Assembly: GCA_024137785.1 (NCBI GenBank)
Contig: JAHRHZ010000079.1
Location: 11,650,896-11,714,895 of the forward strand
Length of the DNA: 64,000 bases
Source of the DNA: Ginglymostoma cirratum
Lineage: Eukaryota
Reading direction: 5' to 3'
This document shows positions 38,659 through 50,982 of the stretch, piece by piece. Both the position numbers and the translations under genes were made by a program. Positions within the stretch are counted from its first letter, which is position 1. Each line of letters begins with the position of its first letter. The notes below the pieces were generated by a model. It saw only the letters and a list, made by a program, of their open reading frames with translations, made no database searches and had not been told where the DNA came from.

Positions 38659-39582
38659 ATTTGGATGAGAATATAGAAGGCATGATTAGTAAGTTTGCAG
38701 ACAACACCACAATTGGTGGTATTGTAGAAAGTGAAGAAGGCTTTCTAAGATTACATCAAATGAGTCAATGGGCTGAAAATGGCATATGGAATTCAATCTG
38801 CATTAACGTGAGGTATTGCACTTTGATGCAACAAACAAGGGTTGTGCTTGTACAATTAATGGTAGGACCTTGGATGGTGTTGTAGAACAGCGGGACCTCG
38901 GGGTGCAGGTACGTAATCCTTTAAAGTTTGAGTCGCATATAGACAGAATGGTTAAAAAGGCATTTGGCATGCTTGTCTTCATTGCGCAGTCCTTTGAGTA
39001 TACGAGTTAGGCAGTTATATTGAGGTTGTATAGGACATTGGTGAGATCTCTTCTGGAATACCGTGTCCAGTTCTAGTCACCCAGTTACTGGAAGGAGAGG
39101 GTTCAGAAGAGATTTACTAGGATGTTGCCAGGTATGGAATGTTTGAGTTATAAAGAAAGGCTGAATAGGCTGGGACTTTTTTCTTTGGAGCACAGAAGGT
39201 TTAGAGGCGACACAATAGCAGTTTATAAAATAATGAGAGGTAGTGATAGAGTTAATGGTAGTTGCCCTTTTCCTAGGATAGGGTTTTCTAGACTAGAAGA
39301 GCAGATTTTTAAGGTGAGAGGAGAGAGATTTAAAAAAGACATCAGAAACAAATTTTTTACACAGAGGGTGGTTTGTGTATGGAATGAACTTCCTGGGGAA
39401 GTGATGGATGCGGGTACAATTACAAAGTTTCAAAGGCATTTTGATAAGTACATGAACGGGAAAGATTTGGAGGGCTATGGGCCAGCAGCAGGCGGGTGGG
39501 ACAAGTATAGTTTGGGATTATGTTCAGTATGGACTGGTTGGACTGAAGGGTCTGTTTCCATGCTGTCTGACTCTAGGATTCT
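38659..39582 (+). mobile_element. CR1 LINE RT and 3' end, nested in an opposite-strand CR1
   Basis: ISKFADNT, EQRDLGVQV, MLPGMECLSYKERLNRLGLFSLEHRR, FFTQRVVCVWNELP in ORFs 38589, 38816 and 39122. Confidence 0.95.
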
Positions 39583-39983
39583 AAGTCTGCACCGCCATTT
39601 GACCATGGCTGACATGTTTCGCTGCCTCATTTTCCTGGCTTTCTCCCCGTAACCCTTGATCCCTTTACTAACCAAGAATCAATCTAACTCTGTCTTAAAT
39701 ACACTCAATGACTTGGCCTCTACAGCCTTCTGTGGCAATGAGTTCCACAGATTCACCACCATGTAGCTGAAGAAACTCCTCCTCACCTCAGATCTAAAAT
39801 GTCGTTCCTTCATTCTGAGGATGTGCCCTTGGGTTCCAGTCTCTCCTCCCTAGTGGAAACGTCCTCTCCATTTCTACTCTATCCAGACCTCTCGGTATGC
39901 TGTAAATTTCAATGAGATTTCCCCCCCGCCATCGTACTAAAATACATCCCAGAGTCCTTACCTACTCCTCAGATGACAATCCC
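39583..39983 (-). mobile_element. CR1 LINE 3' fragment; its extreme 3' end is at 38621-38658
   Basis: Collinear with the uninterrupted copy at 46226-46356. Confidence 0.85.
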
Positions 39984-40614
39984 ATGATTGACAGAAGAAA
40001 AGGTTTGTATAATCCCATCCAACAGGAGACACATTAATTTCTATGATGTAACCCTCACTCTAAGTACGGTGGAAGACCACCTTATATTCTAGCATTACTT
40101 TCTATTGCTGCTGCATAATTGTGTTTCCACAGTTTTTATTTGATACAAATTTAACTGATTTTTATTCTTCAGAAAGCACTAACTACACTAAGTAAGGGTA
40201 CAGGGGCCACATGTAAATCAAAATGTGCTTTTGTGATCTTCATCAGCCTTTCTTCACCACCTACTCTGCCCAGTCCAAGAGAAACAGATTGTTCTTTACT
40301 TTCAGTTCCGAAGTCTCACTGATGGCAGATAAGGTTCAGTTAAAAAATTGCTCTATTCTGGAATTCTTTGACTAGTTTCCTCTGCTTTACAAGCCCCCTC
40401 CTTTGCTAACACTGTTGCAGGTACATGATTTTATGAAATCACAAAACGGGGTTTCAGTCATTAGTTGTGTGCCCAATGTCTTTAACTAGAAAATAGCAGC
40501 TAGATCGATCAGCAAAACTGTGGCTCTCTTAGTTCAATAGTCATGGCAAATGGATAAAACCATTAGTACATGCAGCTAAAAATCCAAGTAGTATCTTTAG
40601 TGAGTGCAGATTTT

Positions 40615-42540
40615 CAACATACATTGGTACCAGCTTGACTACATCGTTGTTCATGCGAGGAACCACACAGATGTTCATTTCACCCACACCATGACAGGTT
40701 TTGAAGATGGCTAGCCTGACCACCACCTAACTTGGTCTTCTATCTTCATTAGCCTGGCCCAACAAACAGCAGTGGCATCAAAAGCACTGTCCCAGGAAAT
40801 TCAAAGTTGATGGATGCAAGGACTCTGCAATGAAAGACCAACTGTATCAGTGCCTTACTGACAAACTAGCAATACTCAACAAACAGGAAGCACAGAGTAT
40901 CCACACACCTAGTTTTTCCATAAATTCAACATGAACGCCACCTGTGAAGTGACTCTAGGTTTATCTTCCAGGGAACTTCAAGACTGTCCAATAGTTCAGG
41001 AGCTACTAAGCACAAGCACAAACCATTCCTGAATTAGCATTGCCACCAAAGTGCAAAGGGAAGAAAACAGATCAACAGCCAAATGAAGACGGAGGTCCAA
41101 TAGAAATGAAGTGATGTAAAGAACAGATGATGGTTACAAAGAGTTCAGGAAATACAGCAAATTGTAGACAGCTGTGACACATGGATTCTTCAGTCCAATA
41201 ATGCCATCGGCGGCCCAAGTACCCAATGATCTACTGCTCTAACGACGGAGTGGTGCTCATCAAGTACAGAAAGGCAGTTAATGCACATTGGAAGGAACAC
41301 TTTCAGGTTCTTGTTAACTGAGACTCTGTCATCAAAATGGGTGCACTCAATCTCATCCCAAAGCAAGCTACTCATCTCCACTTCAGCACACTGCCAGCCC
41401 AACAGGTGGTCTGAAAGCTGAGGACCAACAAGGCTGTCGGCTCAGATGGAATTCCCACTGGAATATTGAAATATGGCACGGAAACTTTGCTGGCTCTTAT
41501 ATGCAACCTCATCTGAAAAGAGAAGAATGTACCAGCACATCCCTGAGATGCCATAATTGTGACCATCCACAAGTAAAAGGTCAAGCCCAATGTAATAATA
41601 CAGAGGCATCTCCCTCCTGTCCACCAGAGGGAAGATACAATTCTCCTCAATCAGCTATTCCCAGTACAGGATTGCTCCTACTAGAATCACAATGTGGATT
41701 AATTCAGCCAAGAGACTTCACAGTAAAAACTTAGCCAAGAAAAATACAGTGAGAATTAACAGCCTTTTGTACATGGTCATCTTTGAAATCACAAAGACCT
41801 TTGACTCAGTCAACCACAAAGACTTATAGAATGTTACCCTTAAATTTGGCCAACTGCAGAAATTCATCACCAATCTCCACCTGCTGCACAACAATGTACA
41901 AGTCTTAATCCATCACCAATCCAAACAGACCCTGTATGTGCACAATCTGGGGTCAAGGAAATATATATCATCACACCAACACGTCTCCATTTTCCTCACC
42001 ACAACACAATGTGTAATTTTCAAGAAGTTTCCCACTGGAGTGGAACTTCTCTCCAGGATTATTGAGAAGCTGTTCAATGTGCATCGCCTCCAGTGCTGAA
42101 ACAACATGACTTCAAACCTGGTCATTGAGCTGTACTACACAGGTGATTGTCACACATGCACACGATGGGGGCATTCGTGGAAGCATATGGCAGAATGGGC
42201 CTCAGGTTAAACTTCTGGAAGACAAAGATCCCTGACCAGCTTGCTCCTGTCGCACGACACTGCCCCTGGAATTCAACACCTGTAGCAACCTGTTGGATAA
42301 CTTTGATCAATTCCCATACCATTGGAGCCTCCTTTCAGTGAGAGCAGACGTTGATGATAATCACCTCCAGTGCTCTGTAGCAGATTTCAGCTATCAGGGG
42401 ACCAGATTATTTGATGACAAAGAGTTCAAACCCATCACCAAGCTCGTGGTGTACAGAGTAGAGCTGTTAGATCACCTCCTGTATGCATTGGACATGGGGA
42501 CGATATAGAAAAGACATTTCAAGCCCCTAGAGAACATACA
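40615..42540 (+). mobile_element. RTE-clade LINE ORF2 pseudo-copy, endonuclease end through RT
   Basis: HWYQLDYIVVHAR, KAVGSDGIP, YRGISLLS, ESQCG, ITKTFDSVNH, AFVEAYGRMGLRLNFWKTK; many stops and frameshifts. Confidence 0.9.
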
Positions 42541-42542
42541 AT

Positions 42543-42777
42543 CTTGGAGCAGAAGTAGGCCATTTGGCCCCCAAGTCTGGTCCACCATTCAAGATGATCA
42601 TGACTGATCTATGTTTCAGATTCCGCATTAGCCTAACCAATTTTTGATTCACCTGCCTAACAATAACTCATGTGCCTTAATTTACAAATCTTCAATGGTC
42701 CTGTTTCCAATGCCTTTCGAAGAAGAGTTCCAAAGTCACAGAATCCTCCGAGAGAAAAAAATATTCTCCTCATCTCT
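42543..42777 (-). mobile_element. CR1 LINE 3' end
   Basis: Homologous to 46226-46356 and 39583-39790. Confidence 0.75.
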
Positions 42778-42779
42778 AA

Positions 42780-43205
42780 TATAACAAGGTGTAGAGCTGG
42801 ATGAACACAGCAGGCCAGGCAGCGTCAGAGGAGCAGGAAAGCTGACATTTCAGTTCTAAACACTTCTTCAGAAATGGGGGAGGGGAAGGGGATTCTGAAA
42901 TAAATAGGGAGAGAGGGGGAGGCAGATAGAAGATGGACAAAGGAGAAGGTAGGTGGAGAGGAGACAGACAGGTCAAAGAGGCGGGGTTGGAGCCAGTAAA
43001 GGTGAGTGTAGATGGGGAGGTAGGGAGGGGATAGGTCAGTCCAGGGAGGATGGTCAGGTCAAGGAGGTGGGATGAGGCTAGTAGGTAGGAGATGGGGGTG
43101 GGACTTGAGGTGGGAGGAGTGGATAGGTGGGAGGACAGGTTATGGAGGCAGGGACAAGATGGGCTGGTTTTGGGGTGCGGTTGGGGGAGGGGAGATTTTG
43201 TGAAG
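42780..43205 (-). mobile_element. PLE 3' region and terminus
   Basis: Collinear with 60650-60975 and with the reverse complement of 61260-61500. Confidence 0.9.
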
Positions 43206-46200
43206 TTCTAATGTGCAAGTTGCTACATGTGTGAAGGCATTATTTATTGTTTGGTAAAATGGAATATGGAAGTCTATTTGGGTGTGGTGGAATTTTTCTA
43301 ATATAGTTCTCCAAGTACACAACAGAAAGCTATTGTTACATTCATCTTGTCATTATTTTAATCTGCTCATCAGCTAGGTATGAATAAGAAACAGAGACTT
43401 GGTTTGAGCTCTCGCCTACTATTAATGTTGCAATAAAGCCAATATTGTTGCAACAATCGAAAAGATCTGGGAACTGACTTAAGAAATAACCTTCATTTGG
43501 AAGAAATAAAACAGTGCCAAGGCATTTCAAAGAAAAGTACGTTTTTATTTCATGTTGTTTAGACGCTTTGCAGTGTGTACTTTCTGACTATGTGCAAAGG
43601 TTACAAATAGTTTGTGATGAGTAATAAACAGATGCAGAAAGTGAATCTGGTTCTAGGTGAAATTTAGTTTGAGAGTTTGTTGGATCCATGGGCCTGAACA
43701 AGTGGTTATTTCGAGCAAAGTATTTCCAGTACTATCTGCACCCTGGCAAAATCACAATAAAGCCGCAGCAGATTCCACTATCTGAAAATGCATATTGTCT
43801 CTAGACCATCCAGCTATGAAACTTCAAACTCTCAAATAAATTAATGCACTGATGATCATCACCATGGAAACCCATTCCCCTGTTTAAATGACCTTTTGGT
43901 GCAATGTCCGATGAATAATTAGACTTTCTGAGCAGAGAGAGAAAAATAAAAGATTTTAACCTTCATCTCATTTCAGAAAAGGTGGAAATGAAGGTTGTTG
44001 TAGTCTTTGTTCTGTGAGCACGTTATCTGCTCGAATGAGCAGCAGACACGTGTATCGCGGATAGGTAATAGCTTCTGTTAATTGTTAGTCTCAACTTGTC
44101 AGGCTGCATCACACTAGTACTGGATAAAGTGTTCTTGTATGGAAGATAATTGAATATCAAAAAGAGACTTTGTTAATTTGATTATGCAGAGCTAGGCCTG
44201 AATTGTTCTTCATCAAAGAAAATTTAATTTTGACATGCAATTAAATTATGCTGCCATATCATTGTCCAACTTTTCACGTTGATGAAACCAAGGCTGTAGA
44301 GTAGTTATGTAGCACTCAGTAATAAAATATAGACTATGTGGGTGAGAAATTATCTTCATGCATACATAATTAGGTCAACCGTGGTGCTTCCTATCCTCAG
44401 TTGTGTTGTGCTGAGCAGGTAAGCTGAGGTGGCATCTGGATCACCTTTGAAGTCCCAAAGAGAAGTTCAACCACAGAAACAGTGAAACCTTCATGATATC
44501 AGTTTAGTGTCATTTAAGAATGAAAAAGATGACCTTAAAAGTTACAGCATCCCTTTTTCAAATGCCACATGGTCTACAGGGAACAGAGTTAAAACCGTTC
44601 AAACTCATTACTTATTTCATTTAGGAGCACGAGCAGCTATTAGAGACAGGAGGCTTTCATCTTCTCTACCTTGATTTTTGTGTTATCCCTGTCTCCAATC
44701 AGAGAGGTGTAACCTTTATTTCCAACTCTGCATGATACATTCAAGCTTAGGTCACAGAGTAAACGGAGCAGCCGAGTTGTGCAGTGTGATTAAAGTCCCT
44801 GAGCTAGACATAGAGCAAGGCTTGAGAGTTAGTAGAAGAGTTTACTTTTTGCATCTGAATTCATATTTATAATTAACATGGACAATTATACAAAACTAAA
44901 AACTAATCTTCCTACTGATACTGGAACGTAGTAGAACTTCAACATGCAAACGACGGTATCATTTGCTTCAAGCGTACTAGTATTTTTGGGAATGGATGGA
45001 AGGCAAGTCCTGGAGCCAATCCTTGAATGTTTTGTATGATCTCCTTTCATTTTGCTAACTATTTATCATTGATGCGATTTTCTTCAACATTTTGTTTTCA
45101 TAAAGCAATCAGCTGTTAGGGTAGCGTGATTAATGTAGCACAACAACTGTAATCTCTACTGTACCATCATAAGGAAGGCAAACATAATAAACAGTGATTG
45201 TGGAGCATATAATATTGTAATTAGTGCAGCCTCACCAACAACACCCCCCCACCCCAGTCCAGCACAAACGGTTCTGATGCCGTCAAAAAAGGGGCTCTTA
45301 CGAGATAATTCCTTTTTCTTTGAGTCTGAGATAAGGGACAGACAATAGCATGCTTCGCTGACTAGTCTTATTTTTTAACTGAGATGAGAGCATTATATAA
45401 TTATAATGAGTTACAGTAATTAGACCTGTGCTTGTTTATTTGTGCTGAATGCACACTTTATGTTTCAGTTGGTTGGCATTTTGTGTTTCCTTGATTAAAC
45501 ACAACTTTGAATTAGATATCCTTTTCCTACATTGAAATCAATAAATATTTTTGTTCTATCTTGTGTGCAAGTCATTAGCCTCATTTCTTTCCTGTAGAGG
45601 AGGAGTCAGTGCTGTTAATAATTGTTTCTAAGGCAAAGTGCGAAGGAAGACAGGAACAGTCTTAAAAATGGAGGGAAAAGTTGTACACTAGAAATCAAGA
45701 TGAGGTTAAATTTAGATTTCAAATTCTAGGCATGGGGAGGTCCAAAGTATAAACTTGCTGACTCCGATGATGAATTAATTAAACCCTGTTCAGGGAACTT
45801 GAGGTACTTAATGTCAAACTGCCATTCTCAGGCCCAGGCAATTCAGCTGTTGTAGCAATGACATCTAATTTCTATTTGTGTATCATTAGATTTGGAAGAT
45901 GGGCAAAATTATGTTCTGTTCTTCAGTTAGTGAGTAGAATGTAAGTCCGCATACCAAAATATTTGAGTCTTATCAATAATTGAATTTTGAAAGCTAACCA
46001 AGATCTTGATATAAACTCTGGTCCCAAGGCTCCATAGCTCCTAATGTGGCTCTTCAAAGCTTGTCTCCATCTGAGCCAGTTGGTATTTGTGAGGTGCAGT
46101 GGAGAAGTTTGTAAGACTGCTTTCATTTTAGGACACTTTTGCATCATTTGTCCTGAAGTCTTAATGCTGCCCAAAAACTTCAGTCCCCAAATCAGTGTCT

Positions 46201-46225
46201 GCAAGGCTGAGACTATGTTTCAGAT

Positions 46226-46356
46226 ACCATAAGACCACAAGACATAGGGGCAGAAATTAGGCCATTCAGCCCATCGAGTCTGCTCTGCCATTCAATCATG
46301 GCTGATAAGTTCCTCAACCCCATTCTCCCGCTTTCTCCCTGTAACCCTTGATCCCC
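46226..46356 (-). mobile_element. CR1 LINE 3' end
   Basis: accataagaccacaagacatagg tail repeats plus CR1 3' UTR. Confidence 0.85.
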
Positions 46357-46410
46357 CTGTTATGAAGCACCACATTGGCACCAATCGCAAGGCTGCAGGA
46401 AAATCTGAAA

Positions 46411-46950
46411 TTTAAAAGTTGGGACGTCATGTTGAAGTTATACAGGACTTTGGTGAGGCCTCTTGTGGAGTACTGTGTGCAGTTCTGTACACCCTGTTAC
46501 AAGAAGGGTAACATTAAATTGGAAAGGTTTCAGAAAAGATTCACCAGGATTTTGCTGGGAATGGAGGGTTTGAGTTATAAAAATAGGCTGGATAGGCCTG
46601 GAGTGTAGGAGGTTGAGGGGTGACCATATAGAGGTTTATAAAATGATGATGGGCATAGATAAGGTGAGTTGCAAGCGTCTTTTCACTAGAGTGGAGGAAT
46701 TCAAAACTATGGGGCATATTTTTAAGATGAGAGGAGGAAGTTTTAAAAAGGACTTTTTTTACACAGAGGGTGGTTCATGTGTGGAATGAACTGCCAGAGG
46801 AAGTGGTAGATGGAAGTACAGTTACAACATTTAAAAGATATTTGGATAAGTACATGAATAGGAGGGAAATGCGCCAAATGCAGGCAATTGGGACTAGTTT
46901 AGTTTGGGAACATGGTCAGCATGACTAGTTGGATGGAGGGATCTCTTTTG
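46411..46950 (+). mobile_element. CR1 LINE 3' fragment
   Basis: ORF 46375: KSWDVMLKLYRTLVRPLVEYCVQF...LERFQKRFTR. Confidence 0.92.
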
Positions 46951-46962
46951 AACAGATTCCAA

Positions 46963-47396
46963 TGCCAGTATATCCTTTCTTAAATACAGAGACTGAAACT
47001 GTACACTCCACCGAGGTGCAGCTTCACAAGCCCCCTGTACTGTTGTAACTAGAATTCCCTGTTTTTTTCAGTCTTCATCCTCCTGACAATAAAAGAACAA
47101 AATTATATTTGCATTCTTGATTACTGGCTGCAACTGCATGCTAATCTTTTTTGTTTCATGCACTAGAAGACCCAGATCGCTTTGAGTTGCATTTTCATGG
47201 AAGTTCTTTCCATTTAAATCATTGTCTGCTTTTTGATCCTTCTAACCTAAGTGCAGGAGCTCACACTTACCCTACATTAAGCTCATTTGCTGAGCTTTTG
47301 GTCACTCATTCAACCTATCAATATCCCCTTCCAGGTTTGTTATGTTTCTTTACACTCTACAAATTTGTCTTCCACGTTACCCTTGCTCATCTGATT
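46963..47396 (-). mobile_element. Older CR1 RT fragment
   Basis: Reverse complement is collinear with 38690-39100 (DLGL.VH and QFQS-type relics). The 194-aa plus-strand ORF at 47151 is its antisense. Confidence 0.7.
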
Positions 47397-49745
47397 TGTG
47401 CAGTCAATAAACAGATTAAAATCACCCATAGAATTTATAGCGCCCTATTGACATGGCTCCATTATTTCTTAACTTATACTTTGTCCTCCAGTGATGCCAT
47501 GTTTTGGATGCTTGGAGACAACTCTCACGTGACAGCTTTCATTTTTTATACTTTACTTCCATGCAAAGTGATTCTACATCACAATCTATTGAACAGTATC
47601 GCTACTCAACTCATCATTTCAAAGAATGGAATTCCTCACTTTTCAGATATTCTACTGCAAAAGCTTCAACTTTCATTTTTACCCCACTATCAAAGTACGG
47701 AGCATGAGGCACCAGAAGAGATGCCACCATGTTGACTCAAAATATTGTACTTGGGGACGCAAGAATTTCCCAATGGTCTTGATTCAGCTTCAGGCTGTCA
47801 GATGCCAGGCCAGCTCTGTAGATGCAAAAATGAATGAGTCCAAAAGATTATGACACCAGCAGTCACTATTTACAACTAGTTACAAGCTAGATGCACTTTT
47901 GCCTGGCACTAGAAACACCTCATTTATTTTACTTAAACTTATTCATTTGAGAATTTCCTCACAATTTGCATATGCTATAATGAACAGCGGGGTATAAAAG
48001 GGCCTCAGGCTGACTGGAAACAGTACCACACCATTATGGGGCTAAAACCATACACACATTGAACTCCAATTTGTAGACCACACAAAATGAAAACGTAATT
48101 CCAAGAGCAGTAATGTTCTGGATGTCGGAATGAAAAGGGCTTGTATGAGCCAATCATGAGAAACATGAAATCAGTCATCGAAGGCAAAAATGTCAAACAG
48201 CTTTTCCGGAAGTACTTGTTCCTGAACATTGACACCTAGCATTTTTGATGTAATTGAAAATCTTTACAATATAACCTCTTTACAATATTTTCTCCTGTAG
48301 TCATTGAGTGTGCTGTAGTCATCAATGAGTGTGAACAGAAATTAAATTTTTCTTATCCTTTTAAATTTAAACTAATTTAGATTCGGTCTTTGGATTTGGT
48401 GTTAATTTCCTGCTTATGGAATGTCTTTGTGCCCACTTTAGGACAAAATGCACAAAGTGAGTTGGGTGAATAGCGATGTGAGTGTGGTGTTTGTAGCTTA
48501 AGTGGTCTAAACAAAATGCTGAGTTTTATTTCAAGCCAATTGATTGTATCTAAAGGCAATCTTAGGAATGCTATGCTAAGAAAGCATTTTAAGAGTGACT
48601 CACTGCTTCTGAATGGTGTATTTATGATGGTGTGCTTTAGCTTGGCTGATTCAGGGGATTTACAGGACACTGCCAGAAGTGAATGAATCTGGCATCAACA
48701 TCACAGCTGTAATTGAATCATACAGATACATTCACAACATTTCACTAATAGCCTGACATAAAGTGATTTTAAAAATTTCAACGTTCACCACTGTTACTTT
48801 AGAAGGGAAGTGTCAGCTGGCTGTAATGGTGCTGGAGTAGCGGAACGCAGATGCTGTTTTCAGATTTATCCATTCGTCAACAAGCAATTGTCCACATATT
48901 TTGACGGAATTTCCAGAATTACCAAAGTATTTAACACTAAAGTATTTGCCATCCATCAAGTAAATGTTCTACAGTGCCACACTTAGAGAGAACAGAAATT
49001 CACTTTTGGTAATTTTACAAGAACATCAAACCAGGAAAATAAAGAAATCATCCAGAAATATTAACTTTGAGTACAAAACTGCCAGTTGATTTATAGGAAA
49101 TTAAAACCAGAGACCTGGATGATTAGTGCAAGTCACATTAACAAGATCGGTTTTCAATTCTTGACCTTTTATGACATGGTCCCTCAACTTAACGAAAGAG
49201 CAAGTAAAACCATCTGAGACCAGCAAATAGTGGAGCATAAGTGTTTTGTACTGGAGTAAGAGAATGAAGAACAAGCTATAAGATGACGGAGCAATAAAGA
49301 ACTGTCTGTTTGAGTGACAATATAAAAGTTATTAAGCAGACGAAACACACCAATGGAAAAAGAAAGGGAGAAAATGAAATTTACTCTGAGGTAATTAGCG
49401 AGTTATTTAAGTCAGTTGTACAATTAGAATAACTCGCTGAACACTGCAGGTTGCCTTAACTGTGGCATTGATTCTACTATGACAATATTTCCAGCAAACT
49501 ACAGCAAGTTATATTCATTTATTAGGGCCAGTTGGCTCTCCTGAAGAGGAAAACAGAGGAGATTTTAACCTTACCTACACAGTGGGACTGCTGGGGTCAG
49601 ATACATGCGTTGCTCAATTAAACTTCCTGTTGTCTTCAATCAAATTGTAATTGGATGGCGTAAGATAAGGCCGGTCAGTCCTTTCCCATTCGTTCACTGC
49701 AGATGGATTCAGTCAAAATTTGCCCCTAAGGCAGCACATGATGGG

Positions 49746-49860
49746 GGGCCCTCTTGAGATGCAGTGATAGTGTCTTTACCCTTGAACCAAGAGGCCCAGG
49801 TTCAAGTCCCACCTGCTCCAGAGGCATGTAATAACATTTCTAAACAGGTTGATTTGAAAA
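49746..49860 (+). mobile_element. Short tRNA-derived SINE
   Basis: B-box ggttcaagtcc; homologous to 34684-34796. Confidence 0.7.
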
Positions 49861-50394
49861 TTAGGTTAATTTTTTTTTTAAAAGCACTTGAGCCAAACCA
49901 GAACTACATCTGTGCTTGTGGCATACTGATACCAATCGCATCTGAGTTTTGGCTGTGTTTTGTACTTGGGTAGCATGTTTTACACTTTACAAGTGAAGCT
50001 GAGTACCAGCTTCTGTACTCTATAATTGTAATTCAACATAATGAATAAATATAACCAATGAAAAGCATGGTTTGGATTGAGCAGATGAATGTCAATGAAG
50101 AACAAGCTTTGAAAATATTATTTTAAAAATCCAGAGTGCTCTCCCACTTTAATTAATTAACTGTGATTTAATTGATTATTGTGCAAATGATTGATTTTAT
50201 TTATTGGAAAATGCTACATGCTAGTTTTAAATCCAGTGCACCAGTACAGATCACACAAAAAAATGGAACGTATGCATTTCCAAAATGACAGATCTGTGAT
50301 CTTTACATTTCACAAAGGAATAGTACTTAGAGGAGGGGAAATGATGGTGATAAGCTATTGATTCCACCTTCTCTTTAAATGGAACAAATGCCTC

Positions 50395-50480
50395 AGTGGA
50401 GACCGCTGCATTGATAAAAAGAAAATCGGGGTCCCCTTCAGGTGGGATGTTAATCTGAGGTCCTCTCTGCTCACGTGACA
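50395..50480 (+). mobile_element. Possible ancient Deu-domain/LF-SINE-like fragment
   Basis: cttcaggtgggatgttaatctgaggtcctctctgctc resembles the recalled core cttcggatgagacgt[t/a]aaaccgagg[t/c]cc.gtctgc. Short, and matched from memory. Confidence 0.4.
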
Positions 50481-50781
50481 AGACAAGGATTACTGGTTCT
50501 GCAGCACTTTTCAAAGTGCAGGGCTTTTAAAGTGGCTGACAAAGGCAACTAGCACCATGTAGAAATTTGGTCATGTACAAGAGACAACATTTACTAGGCT
50601 GACCTGCCACCCCAGCGACGTTCATCTTGCAGTTTGTGTGATCTTGTGTTTTTGCAAAATGGTTGCAGTGTTTAATTACATAATTGTCACTTCTCTTCGA
50701 TTGCAATTAATTGCAAAGCAATTTGAAACTGTTCAACATTTAAAATGTTGTATAAAATAAGAGTAAAGTTACGGTACTTCT

Positions 50782-50982
50782 ACAGGGCCCTAGGGCTGCT
50801 CTCTCATTCGACAGAGATAACTGGTGATGGTTTAACTTGAGGGTCATGATGCCTCTGGTGAGGGGAGAGGTTGAGACGGAGAGTGCTTCATGGTAACCTC
50901 AGCTGATGCGGGAATTGAAACTATGCTGTTGTCAACACTCTGTGTCACAAACTGGCTGCCCAGCCACCTGAACTAACTGGCC
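50782..50982 (-). mobile_element. tRNA-derived SINE, third family
   Basis: Minus strand starts ggccagttagttcaggtggctgg (A-box) and has gtttcaattcc (B-box); related heads at ~21735-21820 and ~34840-34915. Confidence 0.65.

Noticed and set aside
43661-43843. 18-19 bp inverted repeat ~145 bp apart
   Set aside because: Does not extend convincingly; at most a MITE relic.
47151-47735. Longest ORF (194 aa) as a gene
   Set aside because: Its first half is the antisense of a CR1 RT fragment; no recognisable domain.
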